This document shows, one piece after another, positions 56,101-64,000 of a stretch of 64,000 nucleotides of DNA (within the stretch, counting starts at the first letter, position 1; the number at the start of each line of letters is the position of its first letter). The DNA comes from Gemmatimonadota bacterium. Lineage in GTDB: Bacteria; Gemmatimonadota; Gemmatimonadetes; Gemmatimonadales; GWC2-71-9. The position numbers and the translations under genes were made by a program. The notes under the pieces were generated by a model. The model saw only the letters and a list, made by a program, of their open reading frames with translations. It was not told the DNA's origin and ran no database searches. The stretch covers positions 1 to 64,000 of the forward strand of contig JAZDCZ010000243.1 of the NCBI GenBank assembly GCA_036679605.1, in the 5' to 3' direction.

Positions 56101-58187
56101 CGCACTTCATCATATCCCCGCCTGATCACACGTACGTTATCCTCAACGATTCTCTCGCCCAGATGCCCAAACTTCTTTGATAGTTGTGTTCGGATTCCCG
56201 AGAATAGCGCGGCTTCGTCCAAGCCCTCTCGCTCGATCAACGGAGAGATCTTGAAGAACGCTCCCATGAATGCTGCTCCCTGCATCCTGTAGCGCAGGGC
56301 CGCGTCAGATGCCTCGTCGGCCGCAATCGTGAAGGCATCCAGCACGAAAACTTTGATCTGTCTGGACTCTATCGATTGCTGAACGCGACCTGAAAGCCCA
56401 TTCCAAAAATCCTCTTGTTCAACGTCGTTTTGGATTACGAAGATGCCGTTATCGGTCAGTCCCGCGAGCGGGTCAGAGTGTCGGAAAACATTTGGATCGG
56501 GGGAGAGAACGGCATTCACGTTGTGCAACTCACAGTTCAACCTGAGCGGTTCTTGTGCGAGCGTTGCATAAAAGGTCGTGGGCTGTCCCTTTTTCTCCGA
56601 CCCGTACTTTGGGTTCGCCTGGATGTTGAGGCCCAATAGTTCAGAGGCAGTCATCGCCAAGTTCTTTCCCATCGTAATCGCACCCCATCCGCCGACGGAG
56701 TGAATACGAATCGAGGTCGAGTCGGGTGGGAGCAAGTTCACGGCTTTGCCGGCAGGTAAGGCCAGTCCGGCAATGTCGGGATAGCTGTCGAGCAACTGTT
56801 CCTGCCAGATCCGTAACTTGGGGAGTTCTGTTCCTTGCCGCACGAACTCGATTCCGAGGTAGAACTGTTTTCGCTTTCGTCCACCGTCCATCATGTTCTC
56901 GACGGCCGCGACTAGCTGGTTGGGTTGGAGGTCACGGCTCCCTAGGCCAAAGCAGCCAGAGTAGAAGACAGGCATTTCGGATGGTGCGCACGCGCCAACT
57001 GATGGATAGGCTTTTCCGTTTGTCGAGAGCGAGTTCTCCAACGCCTTCATCATCACGGCCCGAATCTCACGAAGCATTGGAGCATCTGCTGCGAGCGGCT
57101 GGTCGACCCGCTCGAGAACTGTTACTCCCTGCTTACCTCGGAGCATTCGTGTGACGAGATCTTCAGGAAACGGCCGAAACATTGTGATGTTCAATACGCC
57201 GACCTTGATCTTGCGTTCATCTCGCAGATAGTCGCAAACGACCTCTGCGTTGGGTACCACCGAACCTTGTCCAACAATCACGAACTCAGCATCGTCGAGG
57301 CGATAGCCAATGGCGCGGGCATAGTGTCTGCCCGTCAGAGCTTCGTATTCCGCCATGGCTCGGTCGACGATATCCGTCAGGTGATCGAAGTAGAACGGAC
57401 GTTGGGCGGCAACACCCTGCAGATAACTGTCCTGATTCTGTACCACGCCGAGCATGGCTGGGTAGTCGAGATCAAACATTTCCGGAATGCGTCGTCGCCG
57501 CTCGCCGAACACCATTCGTTGTGCTGGAGTGGGTGAGTCGATTATGTCAGCGGGATCACCGAGGAACTCCTTGACGAGTGCGCGCTCCGGCAGTCTGGTC
57601 GATTGGATCACATGACTCGTGAGAAAGCCGTCCTGAGCGCAGATGCCAGGGTTGAGGGAAAGCTCTGCGATGCGGTGCGAGATCAGATTGAGATCTGCGG
57701 CCTCTTGCGGGTCCTTGGCGAAGAGTTGGAAGAAACCAGTATCGTCAACTGCGTGGTAATCGTCATGCCCGGCGTGAACATTCAGAGAATGCTTCGTCAT
57801 GGCGCGGCAGGCCACGTTCAAGATATAGGTCAACCGCTTCCCGACTGCAGGATAGAGCGACTCGTGCATGTAGGCGATTCCCTGGCCGCTCGAGAAGTTG
57901 GTGGCCCTTAGTCCCACCATGCTCATTCCTGCGGTAACAGCCGCTGCGGCATGTTCGCCTTCAGGTTCGAAGAAGATCAGTTTCCGCCCGTGAACGTTCG
58001 TCTTTCCTGCGGCGACTGCCGCCGCCCAGCCTTCGCCCATCTGAGTGGAAGGTGTAATCGGATAAGCTCCGGCGGCTTCGCTGGCAGCGGTCTCCATCTC
58101 CACGATAGCGGTGCTTCCGTCGACCGCAGTGGGAATGCCGGGGTACTTAGGCATTTCCTTGGTGGCTTCACGCTTTCCACGTTTCAT
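53130..58187 (-). CDS. Single-chain pyruvate:ferredoxin oxidoreductase-like enzyme (NifJ type) with extra C-terminal ferredoxin
   Basis: YPITP, GSEKKG, two CxxCxxCxxxCP, CMGCGE, GCSSVWG, GDG..YSNTGGQ; tail CTTCDEC..CP. Confidence 0.9.
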   Translation of the reverse strand: MKRGKREATKEMPKYPGIPTAVDGSTAIVEMETAASEAAGAYPITPSTQMGEGWAAAVAAGKTNVHGRKLIFFEPEGEHAAAAVTAGMSMVGLRATNFSSGQGIAYMHESLYPAVGKRLTYILNVACRAMTKHSLNVHAGHDDYHAVDDTGFFQLFAKDPQEAADLNLISHRIAELSLNPGICAQDGFLTSHVIQSTRLPERALVKEFLGDPADIIDSPTPAQRMVFGERRRRIPEMFDLDYPAMLGVVQNQDSYLQGVAAQRPFYFDHLTDIVDRAMAEYEALTGRHYARAIGYRLDDAEFVIVGQGSVVPNAEVVCDYLRDERKIKVGVLNITMFRPFPEDLVTRMLRGKQGVTVLERVDQPLAADAPMLREIRAVMMKALENSLSTNGKAYPSVGACAPSEMPVFYSGCFGLGSRDLQPNQLVAAVENMMDGGRKRKQFYLGIEFVRQGTELPKLRIWQEQLLDSYPDIAGLALPAGKAVNLLPPDSTSIRIHSVGGWGAITMGKNLAMTASELLGLNIQANPKYGSEKKGQPTTFYATLAQEPLRLNCELHNVNAVLSPDPNVFRHSDPLAGLTDNGIFVIQNDVEQEDFWNGLSGRVQQSIESRQIKVFVLDAFTIAADEASDAALRYRMQGAAFMGAFFKISPLIEREGLDEAALFSGIRTQLSKKFGHLGERIVEDNVRVIRRGYDEVRALDYADFTAEGDEPSSPPIMPAILDGSDVQDGIGDPGRFWEQVCHLYRTGTDGIADPFAAISAIPAATSTIRDMTDVRFEVPKFIPANCTGCSQCWTQCPDTAIPGVVNTVEEVIATAINTISNGVSFDRVRQIIPHLGRESRRIMKGVPFTTFADVLSTAYKTVVDKLKLNPERRTALDSDFAAVFSAISDFPLAKTAPFFDVPESKEKGTGGLLSITVNPETCKGCNICVDVCPDDALITVKQDEEVVERLRHNWKVWEHLPDTDDRYIKVASIEEGIGVLPSLLLKKQNYRSMLGGDGACMGCGEKTVIHLVLSAVNALMLPRVKNYLARLDELIDALDAKARQLLASDADLETVGQISSNGDIDIPLTETKHRSVERITDIIRDLKDLHWRYAEGPSGKGRATCGIANATGCSSVWGSTYPYNPYPVPWVNHLFQDAPSIAIGIFEGHMRKMADGFVAVRRAELELSGEYDPETHDPFLGRFDWRQFTDEEFSMCPPIFAVGGDGAMLDIGFQNLSRLLASGKPIRVIVLDTQVYSNTGGQACTSGFLGQVSDMAAYGTDQHGKEETRKELALIAMAHGNVFVVQSSQAAASHLIEGVLKGLQVRSPAVFALHCPCPPEHGLADDAATRASRLALESRAFPLLTYDPSAGPAIADQLCLDGNPMMDDRWPSYEMTYVDENGEDQKMTLPITIADWAATETRFQKHFSKIKDPTEVDNLVPFHNYMDLPAAERDESTPFIYVLQEDRTLKQLSVAEEIVRLAEDRLHIWSQLRQMAGLEVAPVVRQEIQSELQGEFARREEEIRAEYESRLAELKTSYPRTIARRMAQGLMRAGNGKQTLADLLAKVQAMPGLEPIGPDLSTGGLPATATATTPSASAAPTPVEVAEPTSAIAQEDDEEEDDELVMGPYVDSILCTTCDECTRLNGKLFAYDDKKQAYIKDPNAGTFRQLVMAAEKCPVLIIHPGTPLNPNERDLDKWIKRAEPFN

Positions 58188-59035
58188 GCGACTCGACTCC
58201 CAAGGGGTTCATGGGGAACAGTGAACTGGGCTCCCTCGACCCACACGATGGCACCTGTCGGGCACCGCTCGATGGCATCGCGACCGGTTAAGTCGTTCTT
58301 GTCATAATCGACTACGGCCAGACCGTTTATCATCTCGATGGCTCCCGGCGCGGCGTCGAGCGCGCACTTTCCGCACGCGTTGCACGCAACCTGGCACACC
58401 GACTCGGCATCGTCGCCCTCCAGAAGACTCTTGCATTGGACGATGAGTCTTTGATCCATCGGCATTATGGTGAATAGGTCGCGTGGACACGCTTCGACGC
58501 AGTCCTCACAGGCGGTGCAGAGATCGGGCACTACTACTGGAAGTTTGGACTCGTTCATGAAAATTGCGTCCAGGTCACACGCCTCCATGCAGTCATCGAG
58601 TCCGAGGCATCCCCAGGAACACCCCTTGCCTCCACCCGCAACCGTTGCCGCAGCCTTGCACGTCTGAAGGCCGCGATACTCCGCCTGTTGCATCGCCACG
58701 TCGCATCCGCCCGCACACAGCAGGCGAGCCACTCGTTTGTCAGCCTCGCCCGCTTCGATCCCCAGATAATCGGCGACATCGCTAATGTCATCGACGCCCA
58801 TGACCGTGCAACTTGCAGGTTGAATGTCTCCGACGACGATCCCCTCGGCAAAGGCCTGGCATCCAGGCTGCCCGCATGCACCGCAGTTTGTCCCAGGTAG
58901 GAGATCGGCCACGACTGCGATGCGGGGATCTTCCCACACTTTGAATCGTTGGTGGGCGAGAGCGATCAAGGTCGCGAAGGCGAGACCGACGCCACCGAGA
59001 ATCACGACCGACAGGAGAATGCTAGTGGCATCCAT
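58184..59035 (-). CDS. rnfB: Rnf complex subunit B
   Basis: N-terminal TM, EDPRI..LPGTNCGACGQPGC, multiple ferredoxin motifs. Confidence 0.93.
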   Translation of the reverse strand: MDATSILLSVVILGGVGLAFATLIALAHQRFKVWEDPRIAVVADLLPGTNCGACGQPGCQAFAEGIVVGDIQPASCTVMGVDDISDVADYLGIEAGEADKRVARLLCAGGCDVAMQQAEYRGLQTCKAAATVAGGGKGCSWGCLGLDDCMEACDLDAIFMNESKLPVVVPDLCTACEDCVEACPRDLFTIMPMDQRLIVQCKSLLEGDDAESVCQVACNACGKCALDAAPGAIEMINGLAVVDYDKNDLTGRDAIERCPTGAIVWVEGAQFTVPHEPLGSRVA

Positions 59036-59050
59036 CAATCGGCCGTCACT

Positions 59051-60061
59051 CTAGTGATCTGGGAGGTTGGCCTGACTCAACAGCCATGCGGCCAACTTAT
59101 CCGCAGGATCTGCCGAGGCCGGCTCTGATGCAGTAGCAGTACCGCTTGCTTCGGCCGCACGCGGTCGCGGTTGCGATGTCATGGAGACGAGCTGTCGCAG
59201 GTCCTCGACTTGCTGGAAAACGCTGATGCCGCCGAGAGCGTGGCGTGGCTTGTCATCGGGGACGCTTGAAACGTTCAAACGATCGCAGAGGTGGTCGCCG
59301 CCCCGGGGATCGTGAACGAAATGTGCGGCCGACTCGGAAACCAACGCAACGACAGCGGGTCCTTCCCATGCCGCGATCCCAGCCAGGTCATCCACGTTTG
59401 CAGTCTGAATGACCAGCACGCCGGGTGAGACGAGTCGCACCAGGGGCGCGGCCGGAGCCTCACCTCTCACGGCAAGCACGATTTTCTGACATCCATCCAG
59501 AAACTCAGCAAGGCCGGCCACGGTCAAGTCTGTTCCGTCCACGTCTACGACCAGCGGAGGAGCAACGTCTCTCTCCGCCTTTCTCCATCTAGAGAAAGGC
59601 AGTGACTCCAGTAAAGTCGCATGGTCGGAGTGCTGGTACTTCCCAGTCTTCGATAGGTTTACGACTCGTGCGGCACCGAACGCTCGACCCAACTCGTCGA
59701 GTCGGCGCGCCACCGTATCGCGCAGATGCCCGCCAGTCTCAACGCGTACCACAAAGAAATCGGATTTCCTCGCGCCCATCTTCGAGAGCGTATCGAGAGC
59801 TTGCTCGATTCGCTCGATCGTGATGCTGTCGGTGGGACTATCGGTGTCGAGCAGCGCTGCGAATCGCTCGGCATCGATTCGGTCGGTGCCGAACAAGCCA
59901 AGTTCCGCACGAATGCGCGATACTTGTCCGTTCTCCGAAGGTCGATGAGTTGAGAGGAAGCCGCGGACCTGTTCAGCTGTTACGGCTATGCTCGATCGGA
60001 AGTTCTCTATTCGACCAGAGACAACCTCCAAGGCTTGCTTGACACGTTCGTCAGACGGCAT
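59051..60061 (-). CDS. Hypothetical protein, degenerate homolog of the PFOR beta/TPP domain
   Basis: Overlaps korB end; colinear similarity to the neighbouring PFOR beta region without GDG..N or cluster cysteines. Confidence 0.7.
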   Translation of the reverse strand: MPSDERVKQALEVVSGRIENFRSSIAVTAEQVRGFLSTHRPSENGQVSRIRAELGLFGTDRIDAERFAALLDTDSPTDSITIERIEQALDTLSKMGARKSDFFVVRVETGGHLRDTVARRLDELGRAFGAARVVNLSKTGKYQHSDHATLLESLPFSRWRKAERDVAPPLVVDVDGTDLTVAGLAEFLDGCQKIVLAVRGEAPAAPLVRLVSPGVLVIQTANVDDLAGIAAWEGPAVVALVSESAAHFVHDPRGGDHLCDRLNVSSVPDDKPRHALGGISVFQQVEDLRQLVSMTSQPRPRAAEASGTATASEPASADPADKLAAWLLSQANLPDH

Positions 60062-61007
60062 ACTTGTCGAACTCGGCGTTTAGTTTTGCTATTTTCTGCT
60101 GCGCGTCGTATGCAGGCAGCCCTCTCGTGTCTTCGTAGCGCGGTAAGCTCTCGTTCCTGTACAACAGACCGAGACGCACCTTCTCACTAGATTCCCCCAT
60201 CGCCCGGGCTTGAGCCAGGTCGCTGGGATCGTGTGCTAGGTGATGCTCGTAGATCGCTTCCAATCCATCCGGAATCGGGATTCCGTCGGCGTGTACCAAT
60301 AATTCGGTCATGTCAGGATTTCGAACGGCTTCAGCGAAAAGGTCAGGTGTGAAAATCGGACAGCGCTGCAGAATTCTCACAAACGCGAAGCCTTTGTGAC
60401 GGTATGCCGCCTGTAGTGTCGCGTAAAGGTGGGCAGGGATCCAGTCGGCCGTCTGAGCGACGAAAGACGCATTGGTGATGCCTAGAACCGTAGAGAGCGG
60501 ATTTAGCGGCGGAAGATAGCTACCGCGTGGCTGAGTGTTTGTCGCGTAACCAAGCGGCGTAGTAGGAGAGGTTTGGTTCTTGGTGAGTCCGTACACCTGG
60601 TTGTCCAATAGGAGCGTTACCATATCCATGTTGTAGCGGGTGGCATGAATCCAATGGCCGGCGCCGATCGAACAGCAATCACCGTCTCCCATCACGACGA
60701 ACACGTCGAGTTCCGGACGGTGGAGTTTGATACCGGTGGCAAGTGGCAACGCGCGCCCGTGCAGTCCGTGGAAGCCGTATGTGCTCAAGTAATGTGGAAA
60801 GCGGCTCGAACAGCCGATCCCGGAAACAAACACCGTACTCTCTGGCGCTAGCTGCTCGGCCTCGAGCAGCCTCTGCACTGCTGTTAGGATTCCGTGGTCT
60901 CCACAGCCTGCACACCAGCGCGGCGCCGGACCGGCGTAGTCCTCCATCTCGAAGAAACGGTCGTCCTCTAGGCCACAACCCAGTAGCGAACATGCGCCGT
61001 CAATCAT
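60051..61007 (-). CDS. korB: 2-oxoacid:ferredoxin oxidoreductase beta subunit
   Basis: WCAGCGD, SGIGCSSR, HGLHGR, GDGD..N..YGLTKNQTSPT, QRCP; substrate not determinable from sequence. Confidence 0.9.
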   Translation of the reverse strand: MIDGACSLLGCGLEDDRFFEMEDYAGPAPRWCAGCGDHGILTAVQRLLEAEQLAPESTVFVSGIGCSSRFPHYLSTYGFHGLHGRALPLATGIKLHRPELDVFVVMGDGDCCSIGAGHWIHATRYNMDMVTLLLDNQVYGLTKNQTSPTTPLGYATNTQPRGSYLPPLNPLSTVLGITNASFVAQTADWIPAHLYATLQAAYRHKGFAFVRILQRCPIFTPDLFAEAVRNPDMTELLVHADGIPIPDGLEAIYEHHLAHDPSDLAQARAMGESSEKVRLGLLYRNESLPRYEDTRGLPAYDAQQKIAKLNAEFDKYAV

Positions 61008-62911
61008 TTCTGCGTCCCTTTCTTCAGCTTGTCGCGCAGCACGCTCAGGATTTGGGCTGGTCTGAGTGGTTCGCCGGGGACTCTAGTCCAGCAGTCTACA
61101 TCGACCAGAGTGCTGGCGCGTAGCAGCCAAGTCAATTGGCCGCGGCGGCGGTTCTCGTCCGTAATGAACGGATCACCGGGGTCGTCGCTATAGTTGATCT
61201 CAATTGTGATTACTCTCTCAAACCGCGAGAATATTTCCTTCAATCCGGGCTGCAATGGCGACAAGAACGTCAAGTGCGTGGATGAGACCGACAATCCCTC
61301 TGCGCGGCCCCGGTCGATGGCCTCTTCGATGGCACCTTTGGTGCTTCCCCATCCCACGACCAGGAGGTCTCCCGATTCCTCTCCGTAGATCGGTGGTGCC
61401 TTGAGCGTCTGTCCGAACACGGCGAGTTTGCGGCTTCTCATAGCGCAGCCGCGCTGGTGAGCAACGGGGTCGTAAGCGACCTTGCTCGACTCGTCGTGCG
61501 AGAGGCCCGTAACCGTGTGCATGCCGTTGGGTTGGCCGGGAATGATGCGCTTTGAGAGACCGAGCTTGGGATCCCAATCGTACGGACGCGTGCCCTCAGA
61601 GACGGCACTCAGATCAGCCGGAGCGGCCAGCCATCTTTCGTCCAGTTCGGGCCGGCGAAAAGGTTGCACGCCGGTTGCCAGGTTGGCATCGGAAAGAACG
61701 ATGACCACGCACCGAAACGCTTCAGCAATTCTGCGCGCAGTAATCATTGAGTGGAAACAGTCCTCGATGGTAGCCGGCGCCATCACTATATGAGGTGCAT
61801 CGCCGGGCTGACCGAAGAGAGCGGCGAGTAGATCGGATTGTTCGACCTTGGTGGGGAGTCCAGTGCTGGGTCCCCCGCGCTGTACGTTTACCACCACGAG
61901 CGGCATCTCCGTCATGACAGCGAGTCCGAGATACTCGGTCTTGAGAGCGAGGCCCGGCCCGGACGTGATAGTGAACGCCACTTTGCCCGCGTACGATGCG
62001 CCGATGGCTACGCCGACAGCGGCGATCTCGTCTTCTGCCTGGTGAAGGATTCCGCCGAATTCCTCGAAGATCTCTCCCAGGTGGTGCGAGGCCGATGTCG
62101 CTGGGGTGATTGGGTACATGGCGCAGAGTTCCATGCCCGCTGCGACAGCTCCCATAGCGAGTGCCTGATTGCCGTTCATGACGACTTTGGATCCGTCGAG
62201 GTCAGAGGGAGGAACGTCGAATCGAAAATCGAGGTGCTCATCAGCCCATTTCATACCGAGTTCCATTAGCTCGATGTTACTGTCGCGCACCTCCTGAGAT
62301 TTCTTGCGAAATTGGTATGCAATTTGTTCTTGGCATTTTTCTGCGTCGCGCTGATAGATCCACACCAGGAGCCCAAGTGCGAACATGTTCTTGCCGTGAC
62401 GGGCGTTGTCTACAACGGTCAGGCATTGTTCTTCCATGGGAACTCGAATGATGCGGTACGAGCGCTGCGAGAGTTCCTCGATCGCTTCGTCCCACAGTTT
62501 CTTGCCATCCGCTTCGTCGACTGCCGCCCACATGTCCTCGATCAAAATGATGGCGTCATCCGCAAGCGCGTCCAGGCGATGCCTCGCAAGCAAGACTTGA
62601 TCGTTAAACGCAACGACTAGATTGGACTCGTCTCCCCAGTTGGTGACAGGTGCCGTTCCGATGCGGATGCGGTTTCCCGAAGCGCTCGTGGGCGCTCGTG
62701 GGGGAGGTTGGATTTCGGCAGGAATGATCTCGACCGTCCAGACACCGTTGCCCATCTTTGCCGACACGGCTCCGAAGATCTGTCCGCATTTCTGGGCACC
62801 CTCTCCCGAATCGGAGACTATCTCCACTGTGTGCTCAGATAGGTGCACTATGGGCGGAACGGTCACGGCGACTTCGGAAGTCGTATGTTGCGATGTGGCT
62901 GAAGAGGTCAT
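61004..62911 (-). CDS. korA: 2-oxoacid:ferredoxin oxidoreductase alpha subunit (gamma-alpha fusion)
   Basis: DSGEG, YPITPA, QAEDEIAA, TSGPG, QRGGPSTGLPT. Confidence 0.9.
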   Translation of the reverse strand: MTSSATSQHTTSEVAVTVPPIVHLSEHTVEIVSDSGEGAQKCGQIFGAVSAKMGNGVWTVEIIPAEIQPPPRAPTSASGNRIRIGTAPVTNWGDESNLVVAFNDQVLLARHRLDALADDAIILIEDMWAAVDEADGKKLWDEAIEELSQRSYRIIRVPMEEQCLTVVDNARHGKNMFALGLLVWIYQRDAEKCQEQIAYQFRKKSQEVRDSNIELMELGMKWADEHLDFRFDVPPSDLDGSKVVMNGNQALAMGAVAAGMELCAMYPITPATSASHHLGEIFEEFGGILHQAEDEIAAVGVAIGASYAGKVAFTITSGPGLALKTEYLGLAVMTEMPLVVVNVQRGGPSTGLPTKVEQSDLLAALFGQPGDAPHIVMAPATIEDCFHSMITARRIAEAFRCVVIVLSDANLATGVQPFRRPELDERWLAAPADLSAVSEGTRPYDWDPKLGLSKRIIPGQPNGMHTVTGLSHDESSKVAYDPVAHQRGCAMRSRKLAVFGQTLKAPPIYGEESGDLLVVGWGSTKGAIEEAIDRGRAEGLSVSSTHLTFLSPLQPGLKEIFSRFERVITIEINYSDDPGDPFITDENRRRGQLTWLLRASTLVDVDCWTRVPGEPLRPAQILSVLRDKLKKGTQK

Positions 62912-63153
62912 GGTCGGTCCCCGGGGCCCGCCGCGAGCGTTGATGTACTCGATGCAGGTCAGCGTATGTGTTCTGGTCTAATTCATTAATAGTTAAATCA
63001 TCTCAGCAGACGCTTTAAGGAAGATTGTATGAAGAGATCTTCACAAAGCGACAGATCTCGATACCTTGGAGACGACGGTTTTGACAAGGTGCCTCCATTG
63101 CAGGCCGTGCTACCTTGCCAGCAGCACGGCCGATGGAAAGGTTAGGAGGACTC

Positions 63154-64000
63154 ATGGTTGGATTTCGATCTCTGATCCGCTTCGTGGCTCTCAGTTCGAG
63201 CGTCGCCGTTGCTTCGTGCAGCGTGAGCGATTCTCCGTCCGTTACTACCACGACGCGCGACAGCGCCGGCATAACGATTGTCGAGAACAGTTCGTCGACG
63301 GGAGCCGGGCTACCCATCTGGCGTTTCGTCGAGCCCCCATCGGTGGAGATTGGCGTACTGGAGGGTGATCCTGCCTATCAATTGAACGGAGTAGTTGGTG
63401 CGATTCGTCTTACGGACGGTCGCATAGTAGTTGCCGACGGAGGTAGTAGAGAGATTCGTTTCTTCGGTGAATCGGGAAATCACTTGCTCACAGTTGGTGG
63501 AAGAGGGGAGGGGCCCGGAGAGTTTGCACGCCTCGCGTCGATAGACCGGTTGAATGGCGATACGCTTGTCGCGTCGGACTGGCCGATCGGTACGCGCAGC
63601 TGGTTCGACTCCAACGGACTCTTTCTGGATAAGACGCGCGTGGGTCCTTACTGGCCGGGGCTAATAGGGCACACATTGGTCGACGGGTCACTCTTGGTAG
63701 ACGTGTACGAGAGGAACTCGTACGGCAACGAGTTAGAGTGGTGGGCCGCACGTGGCCAGGAGGATCTGTTCCGGCCGAGCGGACAAATACTTCTGGTCTC
63801 GCGGACGGGCGATCGAGCAGACACCGTGCGCAGCGTAATAGGAGAAGAATGGTTCAAGATTGGCAAGTTGAGGCAGGGTCTCACCATTCATGCCCTCCCG
63901 TTTGCACGTACTACCAAAATTGCGTGGGCGAGCGATAACATATTCGTCGGTGAAACGGGGCATCCCGCAGTCGAAGTCTATGGGTTGGACGGCAGGCTAC
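63154..64000 (+). CDS. 6-bladed beta-propeller lipoprotein (runs off window; not in ORF track)
   Basis: AGGAGG RBS, lipobox-like VASC, RDSAGITIVEN, DGRIVVADGG, GGRGEGPGEF. Confidence 0.85.
   Translation, partial: MVGFRSLIRFVALSSSVAVASCSVSDSPSVTTTTRDSAGITIVENSSSTGAGLPIWRFVEPPSVEIGVLEGDPAYQLNGVVGAIRLTDGRIVVADGGSREIRFFGESGNHLLTVGGRGEGPGEFARLASIDRLNGDTLVASDWPIGTRSWFDSNGLFLDKTRVGPYWPGLIGHTLVDGSLLVDVYERNSYGNELEWWAARGQEDLFRPSGQILLVSRTGDRADTVRSVIGEEWFKIGKLRQGLTIHALPFARTTKIAWASDNIFVGETGHPAVEVYGLDGRL

Noticed and set aside
53130..62911. Evidence for autotrophy (rTCA) or nitrogen fixation
   Set aside because: No citrate lyase or nif genes in the window; reaction direction cannot be read from these genes alone
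62940..62955. FNR box upstream of korA
   Set aside because: The TTGAT half site is present but the second half is TCGAT, not ATCAA

Overview
GC-rich bacterial chromosomal segment, most likely Gemmatimonadota. This is inferred from two characteristic eukaryotic-type Ser/Thr kinases, an ADOP-type orphan permease, PD40-amidohydrolases and a terminal 6-bladed propeller lipoprotein. No rRNA, tRNA, CRISPR array or transposase was seen. Positions 1-35 kb are mostly exported hydrolases and oxidoreductases (several Tat substrates), an ECF sigma/anti-sigma pair, one intact and one decayed vapBC module, an SpdH-like/OCD/PLP-dehydratase operon, a DPP-IV peptidase and a DEAD-box helicase. Two loci stand out. 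(1) At 35.2-40.9 kb, two Npt/AAA-family nucleotide-transporter genes sit divergent from an Omp85 barrel fused to an atypical kinase-like domain. The second transporter ends at an in-frame UGA followed by a SECIS-like hairpin and 20 more codons, making it a candidate selenoprotein transporter. (2) At 48.8-62.9 kb, a tightly packed operon runs korA-korB-X-rnfB-PFOR-rnfCDGEA-small Cys-rich peptide. X is a degenerate copy of the PFOR beta (TPP) domain, the PFOR carries an extra tethered ferredoxin, and rnfC appears to need a CTG start. All functional calls come from motif recognition only; no searches were run.
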